Source: an archaeon
Lineage (GTDB): Archaea; SpSt-1190; DYHY01
Direction of reading: 5' to 3'
Assembly (NCBI GenBank): GCA_043803745.1
Contig: JAZDJS010000015.1
Span: forward strand, 1-64,000
Length of the DNA: 64,000 nucleotides
Position 1 is the stretch's first letter, and each line of letters begins with the position of its first letter. Positions 46,394 to 56,419 of the stretch are shown here, piece by piece. Both the position numbers and the translations under genes were made by a program. The notes beneath the pieces were generated by a model, which saw nothing but the letters and a program-made list of their open reading frames with translations, ran no database searches and was not told the DNA's origin.

Positions 46394-47014
46394 TTGTTCC
46401 TGAACACCCTCGATTCCGGAGGGCTTGCCGCCGGTGCAATACTCTCAGCACTCCTGATTCTTTCCGGCGTGCGCTATCTTGCGCTTCTTTTGGTTTTCTT
46501 CGTCCTCGCCGCGGTTTTTACAAAACTCGGCTCAAAGAGGAAGGGAAATCACAGGCCGCGAGGATGGCGCAACGTTCTCGCGAACGGAATCTTTCCGACA
46601 TTCGCAGCAGTTGTGGGCAGCCCGCAATTGTTTGTCGGAGCGCTTTCAGCAGTGACCGCCGACAAGCTTGCGGGAGAAATAGGGCAGCTTTCCGACAGAA
46701 AGCCTATTTTGATAACTGACTGGGAAACGCAAGTTCCCCGTGGAACGAACGGGGGGATAACCCTTCTCGGGGAAAGTTCGGCCGTTTTAGCGGGATCAGT
46801 CATCGGCGCGGTTTCATTCGTTCTTCTGGGCAGGTTCGCGCCTCCCCTGTACCTTTTTGCCGGAGTTGTTAGCGGTTTCCTCGGGGCCAATTTTGACAGT
46901 ATCCTAGGGGCCGTTTTTGAAAACAGGGGACTCCTTGACAAGCACGGGGTGAATTTCCTCGCATCCGTTTTCGGCGGCATTGTTTCATTGGCAATTTTCA
47001 GGTTTTTCCTCTGA
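46394..47014 (+). CDS. DUF92 (TMEM19-like) membrane protein
   Basis: R...NVLANG, AD..A.EIG, P.GTNGGIT..G, DS.LGA, VNF; start uncertain. Confidence 0.88.
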   Translation: MFLNTLDSGGLAAGAILSALLILSGVRYLALLLVFFVLAAVFTKLGSKRKGNHRPRGWRNVLANGIFPTFAAVVGSPQLFVGALSAVTADKLAGEIGQLSDRKPILITDWETQVPRGTNGGITLLGESSAVLAGSVIGAVSFVLLGRFAPPLYLFAGVVSGFLGANFDSILGAVFENRGLLDKHGVNFLASVFGGIVSLAIFRFFL

Positions 47015-47172
47015 AAACAAGCAATTTGTAGAAGTTAAGGGGCGGTGCAGTCTTGATCGGCGGTTCCCGTGGCGAGCCTTTTGGAAGCCCTAATTCGCCT
47101 GAAAACATTTATATAACAGCGCAGACGTTTATTTCATCAATTACACTGATTGGAGAAGGTGAAAAAACCAAA

Positions 47173-47454
47173 ATGGCAGCACTGGGGCAACAACAAAGCG
47201 AAGAAATGCAGAAACACTCGAGAACGCTTCTTGGAAAGGTTATTGTAAGCAAGGAAGGGCGCAAGTTCGGGGAGGTCGGCGACATCCGATTCGACCCAAG
47301 AACCGGCGAGCTGATAGACCTATTGATAACCAAGCCAACCGAATATTGCCGGAGCGTTGTTGCCGGAGACAAGTCCGGAATTTTCCGCGTTCCGTTCTCA
47401 GCAGTCATTTCCGTCGGGGATTTCTTGATCGTCTCCGAAGAGGACATTGTCTGA
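47173..47454 (+). CDS. PRC-barrel domain protein (CdpB-like)
   Basis: LLGK.IV..EG..FGEV.DI.FD..TG.L, VPFSAV.SVGDF.IV. Confidence 0.85.
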   Translation: MAALGQQQSEEMQKHSRTLLGKVIVSKEGRKFGEVGDIRFDPRTGELIDLLITKPTEYCRSVVAGDKSGIFRVPFSAVISVGDFLIVSEEDIV

Positions 47455-47463
47455 TAGGAACGG

Positions 47464-48867
47464 TCAGAGATCCGCGGCAATTTCGGGATAGCGGACGAGT
47501 CGTTCCCTGAAAACGGCGACTATTCTCTTCAACTCCACTTCGGTCCTTCCCTCGAACCTCATTGAGAAAACAGGCTCCCCATTCGAAACGCGCACAAGCC
47601 CCCAGCCATAGCCGAAATCCACCCGCGCGCCGTCTATGCCCAAGACGCGCGAACCCCATTCTTCTTTGAAATCGGCGACAATCCGGTCCATCAATTCGAA
47701 TTTCTTTTCCTCGGGCGTTCCGGTATATGCGAATCTGAACTCCTGAGTTGAATGGTACTTTGGGATGTCCGAGAGAAGTTCGGACAGTTTTTTCCCGCTC
47801 TCCGACACGATTCGGCAGATTCGTCCGGCTGCGTAAAGCGATTCGGAAAGCCAAGTCCGCCCGTCCGGAAGGACGAAGAACATGTGCCCGCTCATTTCCC
47901 CGGCGAGAACAGCCCCCTCCTCAAACATCTTGTCCTCGATTTTCGTCCTTCCAGTTTTCCAGAGTATTGGGACGCCTCCATGCGCCTTTATGTCATCGAG
48001 TACGGACTGGGAGCATTTTATCTCAACAACGACCTTCGCGCCGGCGTTCTTTCCAAGCAAGTCTCTTGCGTAAAGAATCAAAAAACCGTCCGCCCAGACG
48101 ATTTTTCCGGCTTCGTCGACCCCCGCAATCCGGTCCCCGTCCGCGTCAAACATCAGGCCAAGATCGCATTTTTTCGCCCTCACAGCCGCAATTAGCTGGG
48201 GATAATACTCCGGTTTCACAGTGTCTGGAGGGTGGTTCGGATAGTTCGGGTCGCTCTTGCAGTTTATTGGAACAACCACATGCCCTAGCTTTTTCAGATA
48301 GGGAACTATGAATTTCCCGACGACCCCGTTTCCGCAGTCGACGGCAACTTTCAGCTTCTTTTTGGGCCTCAGTCCGGCTGCAAGCGCAGCGAGGTAGCTT
48401 CTGAAAATGTTCTTCTTGACAACCTTTCCCCTGCGCACTCCCCTTTCGAAATTTCCCGCCAACGCGAAATCCCTTACCGTTTCTATCGTTTCCCCCCCGC
48501 GGTCGCGCCCATCCATCACGAATTTTACCCCGTTGTATTTCGCCGGGTTGTGGCTTGCCGAAACAACGAGCCCTGCGCGTATCTTTAGATGCGCGCATGC
48601 GAAAAGTATGCAAGGGGTTGTGATTTCCCCGACATTGACAACGTCAAGCCCGCTCCACGCAAGTCCCCTGATTAGCGCCCCGGTCAAGCTTGGCGAACTT
48701 TCCCTATTGTCGCATCCGACAGCAATTTTTTTTGCACCCATTGAAATGACATATCTCGCGAAAGCCTTGCCAAAAAGTTCCATTCTTTCGGGATCAAGGT
48801 CCTCACCGACCAGGCCCCTAATGTCATATGCCCTGAAGATTGCCGGATTGACCTTCGAGTCTGCCAT
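47464..48867 (-). CDS. Phosphomannomutase/phosphoglucomutase
   Basis: FRAYDIRG, SASHNP, FDADGDR, GEMSGH, RVSNGEP. Confidence 0.95.
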   Translation of the reverse strand: MADSKVNPAIFRAYDIRGLVGEDLDPERMELFGKAFARYVISMGAKKIAVGCDNRESSPSLTGALIRGLAWSGLDVVNVGEITTPCILFACAHLKIRAGLVVSASHNPAKYNGVKFVMDGRDRGGETIETVRDFALAGNFERGVRRGKVVKKNIFRSYLAALAAGLRPKKKLKVAVDCGNGVVGKFIVPYLKKLGHVVVPINCKSDPNYPNHPPDTVKPEYYPQLIAAVRAKKCDLGLMFDADGDRIAGVDEAGKIVWADGFLILYARDLLGKNAGAKVVVEIKCSQSVLDDIKAHGGVPILWKTGRTKIEDKMFEEGAVLAGEMSGHMFFVLPDGRTWLSESLYAAGRICRIVSESGKKLSELLSDIPKYHSTQEFRFAYTGTPEEKKFELMDRIVADFKEEWGSRVLGIDGARVDFGYGWGLVRVSNGEPVFSMRFEGRTEVELKRIVAVFRERLVRYPEIAADL

Positions 48868-48900
48868 AGTAATACACTGTAATACATTTTCTCGTTTCAT

Positions 48901-49578
48901 TTATAAAACTGACACAAGCCCTGCCGCCTTAAGCCCTTCGGCAAGCCCTTCGGCAAGCCCTTCGGCAAGCCCTTCGGCAAGCCCGTTGAAGACGAATTGA
49001 ACTGCAATCGCGGCAAGAACAAGCCCCATTACGCGGACAACAACCTTCACCGCAATTGGCCCCGTCTTTTCAAATACGCGCGCCCCGAGCTCGATGGCAA
49101 ACCAGGACAGCAGGAACGCCGCGAGAATCGCGACAAGCACAAGCGGTTTTTGTACGAGAGTCGCCGAATCGAAAAGAACAATCGCGGTGGTTATCGCGCC
49201 TGGGCCGGTAAGGAGCGGAATTGCCATCGGCGTCACGACGACATCTTCGATTTCCCTTGCAAGTTTGTGTTCTTCGTCGCTGTATTCGGTTTTCGTGTGC
49301 TTCCCGAAAAGCATCTCGAGCGAGATTATGAAAAGGAGAATCCCCCCAGCAACCTTGAATGAGTACATCGAAACTCCTAGCGCATCGAAAAAGAACTTTC
49401 CGGCAACGGCAAGCGTCATAAGCACGCTGCACGCGATAATCAGCGCCTGCCTGACCATCTTCTTTCTTGCCCGGGCCTTCCGCAAGTGCAAGATTGAGCC
49501 AAATATGGGGATGTTCGCGACGGGGTCTATTATCAGAAAGAGGGTGATTGTGCAGTAAGCGAAGAAGCCAAAGTCCAT
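48901..49578 (-). CDS. marC: MarC family membrane protein
   Basis: DP..NIP.F, F.VAGGILLF, P.AIPLLTGPGAIT, RVMGL.LAAIAVQ. Confidence 0.93.
   Translation of the reverse strand: MDFGFFAYCTITLFLIIDPVANIPIFGSILHLRKARARKKMVRQALIIACSVLMTLAVAGKFFFDALGVSMYSFKVAGGILLFIISLEMLFGKHTKTEYSDEEHKLAREIEDVVVTPMAIPLLTGPGAITTAIVLFDSATLVQKPLVLVAILAAFLLSWFAIELGARVFEKTGPIAVKVVVRVMGLVLAAIAVQFVFNGLAEGLAEGLAEGLAEGLKAAGLVSVL
48931..48984. repeat. 12-bp tandem repeat (AAGCCCTTCGGC)x4.5 encoding GLAE repeats at the MarC C-terminus
   Basis: Exact copies at 48931, 48943, 48955, 48967 plus a partial copy. Confidence 0.95.
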
Positions 49579-49586
49579 CAGTTTCC

Positions 49587-50180
49587 TCAGTCAACCGTCT
49601 TATTTATCCCTTTTTCCCTGGACGTCAGTCTCATCCAGGAGAGCCAAACCAAGAGTATTAGGGAAATCATCCCGAATTTCCAAAGAACGGAATGAACGAC
49701 CTCTGTAAATGCGGGGATTCTCACAGCAACAAAAAGAACGGTCACTAGCCGGGCGAGGTTTGCCAGATACATTACAAGGGAACCCACAATAATTCCGAAC
49801 GCCTTTTCTTTCGCGCTTCTGTTCGGCACGGCTATTACAAGGGCGATGAATGCGAAAACGTCCTTCCAGGCAACGCAAGCCTCAATGACCTCGAGTATCA
49901 CATTGGAGCTTTTCACGAGATACCCTTCAGCGACAGCGGGATTCCCAAGCAGCCTGGAAACCGCCGCAACCTGCCCTGCAACGGTCTCCTGCGCGAAGCG
50001 GAAGTCCGCCTTCAAATATATCAGCAGGTAGAGCGGGATTGCCATCGCGAAAAAAACCGCGAAAAAACCGGCGAAGGAAACCCAGTTTTCACCCAGCCTA
50101 ACGAGAAACGAACGCAAGATATTCTCGCGCCCATGCCTTTTCACTTTCCTTTCCAATTTCGAGCGCCGTCCTGTCAACAA
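49587..50180 (-). CDS. Exosortase/archaeosortase family protein
   Basis: Cys (VIEACVAW), Arg (NLARL), His (VVH) in TM context; start uncertain. Confidence 0.8.
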   Translation of the reverse strand: MLTGRRSKLERKVKRHGRENILRSFLVRLGENWVSFAGFFAVFFAMAIPLYLLIYLKADFRFAQETVAGQVAAVSRLLGNPAVAEGYLVKSSNVILEVIEACVAWKDVFAFIALVIAVPNRSAKEKAFGIIVGSLVMYLANLARLVTVLFVAVRIPAFTEVVHSVLWKFGMISLILLVWLSWMRLTSREKGINKTVD

Positions 50181-51093
50181 GGACGAACTCCCCGTTAAAT
50201 ATACTTTGCCCAGACACTTTGACTATTTTGCACGGCAGATTGGTGCGTCCCGTTTCGCAAACAACGACTTTTATCCTGTTTCGGAAAATATCGCTTTCCG
50301 ACAGCATGCTGCAATCTCCGACGTAAACGCATCCGTTTGCTGGCGCGCCCTTTTCCAGTATCGTCAGTTCTCCGCCGGCAAGGGAGCGCACGATTCTTTT
50401 CGCGTTTTCAAGTTCGAAGGAAACGGCGCGCACAGTTTCTCGGTTCTCAACGGAAACCTTTTCAATCACCCGTGCCCGAAGATTTAGCTTTTTGCCCAAA
50501 GCAATTTCAAGTTCCCCGTTTTTGGCTCTCAGGCGCAGCAGGGAGTTCTCGAGGAAGCGCACCCTCTCCGAGAGGATTCGCATCTTGAGCCGGATGGGAA
50601 TTTCCGGCCCTTTCCGCCCGTCCGTTTTCTCAAGCGCCGCAGCCTCCTCAAAACTCAGGTTTGGAAGCGCGCCCTTCAATATCTGGAAAACGCGGGTTTC
50701 CCACTTTTCGCCCGATTTTTTTCTCGCTCGATCAAAAAGCCCGGAATACGAGCCGAGGCAGAAAAGTGCGGCCGCAAGCGCATCCCGTTCATGCACGTCA
50801 AGCTTCCTGCCGGAGACAATTTCCCGTTTGTCGGCAACGCCGAGGGAAAGTTCAGGACACCAGGTTCTGCAGGAGAATGCGCCCGCAAGTTTTCTTGTTG
50901 CCCCCTGGACGGGAAAAACGTCCGAAGCGAAAACGGCTGGAATGCAATAGTCTCCGACAATTTTCACGCAATCCTCAAACGATGCGCCTTTGATGCTTTT
51001 CACAAAAACGACATTGCCTTGGAAATCCACAATCCCGATTGCGCAGGTGTTCCCGGGGTCAAATCCAACAATTCCATAGGTTTCTTTAGGCAT
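50098..51093 (-). CDS. DUF460 domain protein (RNase H-like fold plus coiled coil)
   Basis: IVGFDPG.T, ASDV.P, P...L.V..K, HERDALAAA. Confidence 0.85.
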   Translation of the reverse strand: MPKETYGIVGFDPGNTCAIGIVDFQGNVVFVKSIKGASFEDCVKIVGDYCIPAVFASDVFPVQGATRKLAGAFSCRTWCPELSLGVADKREIVSGRKLDVHERDALAAALFCLGSYSGLFDRARKKSGEKWETRVFQILKGALPNLSFEEAAALEKTDGRKGPEIPIRLKMRILSERVRFLENSLLRLRAKNGELEIALGKKLNLRARVIEKVSVENRETVRAVSFELENAKRIVRSLAGGELTILEKGAPANGCVYVGDCSMLSESDIFRNRIKVVVCETGRTNLPCKIVKVSGQSIFNGEFVLVDRTALEIGKESEKAWAREYLAFVSR

Positions 51094-51610
51094 CTTTTTC
51101 GGACACAATCCTTCGCGCGAAAGCTCTCCTTTTACTGTCTATTTCTGAAACGCAGGATCCCCTGCCCGGAACACCGTAAACTAGAATTGTTCCATCGGGC
51201 GCAAGGGCGCTTATTGCAAGGGCCGCAAGATCCTCTTCCCCCTCGACAAAAACCATTGTCCTGCGCTTCAGGGCCATTTTTGCAGCCGCCCACAAAGCAA
51301 GAGTTATTTTTCCCCTAGGGTTTTCGACGGAAATCCGCGTTTTTATCGGAAGTGCCCTTATCCGTTCAAGCAGATTTTCCGAAATTTTTCTCCTTCGGGT
51401 CCTGCCATCATAGAAAACGCTGAATATGCTTCCCGAAGGAACCTTCAGGGCGCAAGAATCACCGACGACAACAATCTTCTTGCGAGCCGGAAAAAAAGAC
51501 TCTGGAAAGCGTCCTCGAAAAACCCTTCCAGCGGGTTTCCTGAGGCGTGCGACAGCCTTCCTTTTCATGCAATATTCCTGTTCCGTTTTGTGTCGCCCCC
51601 TCCGGCCCAT
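51086..51610 (-). CDS. GTP-dependent dephospho-CoA kinase (DUF359)
   Basis: LRKP.G, VGD, DG.T.R, NP.G.I, GEEDL, YG.P..G. Confidence 0.88.
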   Translation of the reverse strand: MGRRGRHKTEQEYCMKRKAVARLRKPAGRVFRGRFPESFFPARKKIVVVGDSCALKVPSGSIFSVFYDGRTRRRKISENLLERIRALPIKTRISVENPRGKITLALWAAAKMALKRRTMVFVEGEEDLAALAISALAPDGTILVYGVPGRGSCVSEIDSKRRAFARRIVSEKDA

Positions 51611-52440
51611 TTCCTCGCAGTTTCAAGGCAGTTTCTGAACGTTTTGTCGGAAACTTTCCTGACCCGTCCTTTAGACTCCTTCATAACCTCTATTAGCGTA
51701 TGGCCCGCCCGGGCACCCTTAATCAGCTGTTTGAATTGCCGCCTAAGCTCAGTGTTTCCGGAACTGAAAGGATAATGGTCGCCTAGCCCTTTAACAGCGT
51801 GCAAATGCAGTGCCCTTATCCGCTTTCCATATGTCCGGCCCCAATCCTTCGGCGACCGGTCCTCCCTTTCCACCGCTTTTCGCGAAAGTTTGTTCACAAT
51901 CGTCGAGTGCCCAAAATCGAAGCACAAACCGATCCCGGTTGCTTCCAGAATGAAATCGTTGTTTGACGCGAGTCCGAAAATCGGGTCTGGAGTGTTCTCG
52001 AAAGTTGCCGGAATCCCGAGTTTTTTTGAAAACCTGCCAAGTTCAAAGCAGCTTTTTCTTGAAGAATTTAGGACTGCTGAAAGCCAAACGAGGTTGTCCG
52101 CGCCGAGGGTCTCGCCGCAATCTCCGTGGAAGTTGAAATATGCCGGCTTGAATTGCTTGGTCCATTTCAGGAGATTTTTCAGGAAATTGACCGAACTAAT
52201 CCGAAGCTCCTGCCAGGGACTTCCTATTTCAATCCCTTCCGGCGGGGCATGAAAAGCGAATTCGATTCCTTCTTTCCGCGCTGTAAAAAGTATCTTTTCA
52301 ATATCCCTTTTTCCAAGGAGTTCAGGCCAGGGATAGTCGAGGGAAACCTCGACATAATCGAATCCGAGGCTTGCAGCCCGTTCAATCTCGTCCTCGATTG
52401 ATGAAATGTTCCCGTACCATACAGGCAAACCGAACTTCAT
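51565..52440 (-). CDS. Sugar-phosphate isomerase/epimerase (AP endonuclease 2 TIM barrel)
   Basis: GFDYVE, HAP, H, EN, DFGH, HLH, DH.P, E. Confidence 0.85.
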   Translation of the reverse strand: MKFGLPVWYGNISSIEDEIERAASLGFDYVEVSLDYPWPELLGKRDIEKILFTARKEGIEFAFHAPPEGIEIGSPWQELRISSVNFLKNLLKWTKQFKPAYFNFHGDCGETLGADNLVWLSAVLNSSRKSCFELGRFSKKLGIPATFENTPDPIFGLASNNDFILEATGIGLCFDFGHSTIVNKLSRKAVEREDRSPKDWGRTYGKRIRALHLHAVKGLGDHYPFSSGNTELRRQFKQLIKGARAGHTLIEVMKESKGRVRKVSDKTFRNCLETARKWAGGGDTKRNRNIA

Positions 52441-52552
52441 TTCAGGAAAGGCTCCCTAGTCAGCTATTTAGTTTTTCCCGGGGTTTTTAGGGAAAACACC
52501 TCTAGAAACGCTATTGTTAAATCCGACCTCTGTTGTACTATATTGGACAAAC

Positions 52553-52993
52553 ATGCACAGAGGCGCAAGCGAGAGAATACTTGATTTGCTTGAGCGCGAT
52601 GCTTCCCTGACAAACCGCGAAATAGGGGAAAAACTTTCGCTTCCCACGACAACAGTCCACAACATAATAAGGCGTCTTGAGAAGGACGGTACAATAAGAA
52701 AATATTCGATTTTGATAGACAAGGAGAAGCTCGGATATCCGATACAGGCAGTAATTTTAATTAACACAACCTTTGCCGGAAGCAAGTTGCCTGCACACGC
52801 AGAAATAGCCGCCAAAATAAAGAAAATCGGAAAGGTTGATTGCATACATTCGATAACTGGCGAGTTTGACCTCCTTGTACGGGTCGCAGTCCGAAGCACA
52901 AGGGAACTTGGCGAATTTGTTACAAAAGTGCGCAAAATTGACGGAGTAGTTAAAACGGTAACCTCAGTGGTTCTTGAGGAACTCAGCATTTGA
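52553..52993 (+). CDS. Lrp/AsnC family transcriptional regulator
   Basis: N-terminal HTH (EI...L.L..TTVH..I.RLE..G.I), KLGY, ITGEFD RAM domain. Confidence 0.93.
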   Translation: MHRGASERILDLLERDASLTNREIGEKLSLPTTTVHNIIRRLEKDGTIRKYSILIDKEKLGYPIQAVILINTTFAGSKLPAHAEIAAKIKKIGKVDCIHSITGEFDLLVRVAVRSTRELGEFVTKVRKIDGVVKTVTSVVLEELSI

Positions 52994-53188
52994 CCTACGT
53001 GCAGTGAACTTATGTAATTGTTGCGACGGAAAAAAGGTGTTCGGCGAAGCCCATTTGAGATTAAACAGATTCCTGCGCCTATTCAGCCTGTTGAAGACTG
53101 AATAAACAACCTTTCACTTCAGTTGGGCTGAAAAAAGAACGCATTCTTCTTGAAATTGGCGAAAAAGACAACTCAATTCAAATTAGAT

Positions 53189-55939
53189 TCACTTGCTGTC
53201 GGCATTGTTCCAATAAATCCTCGTTCTTGCGAAGGTTTTCTCCGCTTTTAGTATTTCAGAAATCAGCTCCGTGTAATCTCGCAAAGCTGATTTGGCAAGA
53301 ACCCTTGCAGCGGTTTCCGGGCCAATTCCATATCCTGCAAGAACCAGGAACGTTTTTTGTCCATAGCTCAGGTAAAGATTTGCCGTTCTTTTCGATTTTT
53401 CAAGAATGCTCGCGTCCGCCTTGCTCAATGGGCCTTTCGCTGAAAGTATCGGGAGGTTTTCCCGTTTAAGAATCCCAAGTAGCTTTGAATTGCAAATAGG
53501 GCAGGCAAAATCAATGCTTTTTGCAGTAAAAATTCCCAAACCCTTCTTGCAATTAAGGCAGGCTAACTGGAATTTTTTCCTTTCCAGCCGTTTTTTGACC
53601 ATTTCCCGAACTTTTCCCGCCGGAAGACCGGAGAAAACGAGTTCGGGACTATATCTTTCGATAAACCTCATTGAAAAAGGCGTCGGCGCCCCAAGTATCT
53701 CAATTTTCAAAACGCCGGATTTTATCCGTTTGACAAGTTCCCGGGTTTTTTCAATATCCAGTTTTTCGAAGAAATGTTCGTTAATTGTCTCTTCGAAAAC
53801 CGGAGTCTCCGAATAAACGTCAACAAGCCTCTGTATCGACATTTTGGAGAATACCGCATCTTTCGAAACAACCCCGAATTTCTTTGCAATCTGAATGAAA
53901 CGCTGCTTGAATTGCGGACTGTTCCTGACAATTGTTCTCAGAGTCTGCCCGATTTTGTCCTCTTTAATTGAAAGAATGGTTTCCTTGATGCTTTCCTTGG
54001 AATAAGTTCCCGGAAACTTTATGAAAATCCTATATGCATCTGTGCGAAGCCCAATCGAATCGCCATATTTTAGCGAAAAATATGCTGAAAGGAGCCTCCC
54101 AAGGGTTTCGTTGACCTTGTTTCCGAAAAAGCTCCGTATTACCACAAAGTTTTCGCCGCATTCAACCCCCAAAATAGTCTCTTGAAAGTTTCCGCACAGT
54201 TTCAGGTCATTTTCTATCTTCTTGGCGCAATTGGCGTCGATTATCTTCAAATAGTCGGTTTTCTTCGAGGGCCAACCAGATCTAAGGCAATTAACCTCAA
54301 TTGCAATGGAATAATCAACAGGCATAAGCTCTCCCGACCATTCGGGCACATTATATGCAACAGAAGTCTCCTCTACGAAAACTTTGTTGCCTTCTTTTGA
54401 AATGACCTTCCAATACGCGCCCCGACAAATAAATGAAGCACCCAGTTCAAGTTCCGACGAGAATTCTTCATCGATTTGGGCTATTTTTTCCTTGCTCTCG
54501 AACTTTATGACGTCAAACTTCCGGCTGTCCTTAATCATTGACAAATTGGAGAAGAAGAAGCTGAAAGCAGGCTTTTTAATCGAGATGACCCCGTTTTCGA
54601 GGATTCTCAGGATTCTGAGGTTGATAAGAAGATTGAGGATTTCAGTGAACTCCTCCCACGGAAGATTTTTGAAAGGAACCGCTCTTTTTATTGTAGCGAA
54701 CGCGTTTTCAACGCTATAGCAGCCTTCAAAGCCAATTCCGGTTAATTGATTGGCAACAACATCGAAGGAATTTTCAATAAACTCCATTGGCTCAAGGCGC
54801 TTTGAAAGGGCAAGCTTTGCAATAACCGCGGCTTCTAATGCATCATCCTCATCAATAACAACAATTTCTCCCCTTGAAATTTCCGAAAGCCGGTGCCCGG
54901 CCCGTCCAATTCGTTGAACAAGGGAATCAACACGTCGTGGAGACATATATTGGATTACCAAATCAATATGTCCGATGTCAATGCCAAGGGCGAGAGAAGA
55001 TGTTGCGACAACAGCTACAAGATCCTTGTTTTTCAGCTCTTTTTCAGTTTTTAGGCGAGATTCTTTTGACAAAGAGCTGTGATGGATACCGAATTTGCTG
55101 CTAATCGCTTTCAGCTTAGAACCGAGAATTTCTGCACTATCTCTGGTATTGACAAACACCAAAACGCCCGCATTTTCCTTTACGCGCCGCGCTATGAAGT
55201 TTATTTTTGAGTAGAACCAATCTTTTTCCTCAGGTTCTTCAGTGTCTTGGACTTCCTCTTCAGGCCAAACAACCGATATTTCAGTCTTCTTTTGGTCTTT
55301 TGACTCTATTATCAGGACTTCAGATTCATTACTTCCTTTTAGAATCTCTGCAACCGTCTTTGGATTAGAAATTGTTGCTGAAAGGCCGATTCTTACAAAA
55401 TCTCGTCCGAGTTGATTCTTTAGGCGTTCTAGACAAATTAACAGCTGTTCTCCTCGCTTTTCCCCTATTATTTCGTGTATTTCGTCAATTATGACGAAAT
55501 CAACGTTTTTTAAATGTTCTTTGATTTTTTTCCCAATAATGATTGCTTGAAGGCTCTCAGGAGTTGTTATGAGCACGTTTGGCGGATCCTTTGTTTGCAA
55601 GGTTCTTTGGTTAGTTGGGGTGTCGCCATGGCGGATGTCAATGTCGATTCCAAGATCGTTACCAATTTCAATGATGCGTTCGAAAAGATTTCTATTCAAT
55701 GCTTTCAATGGAGTTATGTAAAGGCAAGAAATTCGTCTTTCCGGGTTTCTCGACAAAATATCAAGGATTGGGAGCATAACTGCTTCTGTTTTCCCGCTTC
55801 CAGTTTCGGAAACAACTAAGACAGACCTTTTTTCAAGTATGTGCTTTATAGTATCTTTTTGCACATTTGTTGGTGTTATGAAGCCCCTTTTCGAAAGAAT
55901 TTGTACTAGTTTTTTTGAAAGAAGTTCGAAAGACACCAC
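53189..55939 (-). CDS. lhr: Lhr-like ATP-dependent SF2 helicase
   Basis: TGSGKT, PLKALN, RHGDT, TTPESL, DEIH, SAT, GIDIG, QRIGRAGH, C-terminal Zn finger and GIGP. Confidence 0.93.
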   Translation of the reverse strand: MVSFELLSKKLVQILSKRGFITPTNVQKDTIKHILEKRSVLVVSETGSGKTEAVMLPILDILSRNPERRISCLYITPLKALNRNLFERIIEIGNDLGIDIDIRHGDTPTNQRTLQTKDPPNVLITTPESLQAIIIGKKIKEHLKNVDFVIIDEIHEIIGEKRGEQLLICLERLKNQLGRDFVRIGLSATISNPKTVAEILKGSNESEVLIIESKDQKKTEISVVWPEEEVQDTEEPEEKDWFYSKINFIARRVKENAGVLVFVNTRDSAEILGSKLKAISSKFGIHHSSLSKESRLKTEKELKNKDLVAVVATSSLALGIDIGHIDLVIQYMSPRRVDSLVQRIGRAGHRLSEISRGEIVVIDEDDALEAAVIAKLALSKRLEPMEFIENSFDVVANQLTGIGFEGCYSVENAFATIKRAVPFKNLPWEEFTEILNLLINLRILRILENGVISIKKPAFSFFFSNLSMIKDSRKFDVIKFESKEKIAQIDEEFSSELELGASFICRGAYWKVISKEGNKVFVEETSVAYNVPEWSGELMPVDYSIAIEVNCLRSGWPSKKTDYLKIIDANCAKKIENDLKLCGNFQETILGVECGENFVVIRSFFGNKVNETLGRLLSAYFSLKYGDSIGLRTDAYRIFIKFPGTYSKESIKETILSIKEDKIGQTLRTIVRNSPQFKQRFIQIAKKFGVVSKDAVFSKMSIQRLVDVYSETPVFEETINEHFFEKLDIEKTRELVKRIKSGVLKIEILGAPTPFSMRFIERYSPELVFSGLPAGKVREMVKKRLERKKFQLACLNCKKGLGIFTAKSIDFACPICNSKLLGILKRENLPILSAKGPLSKADASILEKSKRTANLYLSYGQKTFLVLAGYGIGPETAARVLAKSALRDYTELISEILKAEKTFARTRIYWNNADSK

Positions 55940-55981
55940 TATGCTTCCCTTAAACTAGTATAAAATCATATGTTTTTGCTG

Positions 55982-56404
55982 TTGATATCATTGACATCAA
56001 TGATATCAATCTCATATTAGTGACATTGGATTGAATCTCGGGTAACAAAAGACCCCTCACATACCACCCTCTCGAAAATTGTAGTGGTTACACATACCTA
56101 ACATACCTATATGCCCACAAGCTATCGCAACTTCAAACACATAAAAAGTCTCTAACATTTCATCTGTTTTTTTCGTATTTGTACTGCTTTCAAGGCCAAA
56201 TGATGGGTTGACGGGCAGTTGATTGATTGTTTGCGGGCATTCCCTCAAGTTAGTATTGATATCATTAATGTCATTCATTTTATTGATGTCAATAACCTCA
56301 TTGACTCAGAAAAAAGGCAAAGTATAAATACTTTTCCACATTTTTAATGTCAATGACCTCATTGATATCAAAAACTTTTTGATGTTGAAATAGGATTAAC
56401 CTCA
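55982..56404. repeat. Clusters of in-phase 9-bp direct repeats, consensus WTRAYVTCA
   Basis: 55982-56008 (3 units), 56256-56309 (6 in phase, two degenerate), 56344-56370 (3 units), 56396-56404 (1 unit) in an AT-rich intergenic region. Confidence 0.85.
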
Positions 56405-56419
56405 ACAACAACAATTAGC

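Noticed and set aside
46970-47105. 5S rRNA-like words (GAAGTTAAG, GCGAGCC..GGAA..TTCGCC)
   Set aside because: The 5' half would lie in the DUF92 coding region, and the CCCAT.CCGAAC core and helix I pairing are missing; treated as coincidence.
56057-56278. 73-aa ORF starting MNDINDIN
   Set aside because: Its repeat-like start is a by-product of the 9-bp DNA repeats, which also occur outside the ORF.
55982-56404. CRISPR array
   Set aside because: Units are 9 bp and directly adjacent, with no 25-45 bp repeats or unique spacers, and there are no cas genes in the window.
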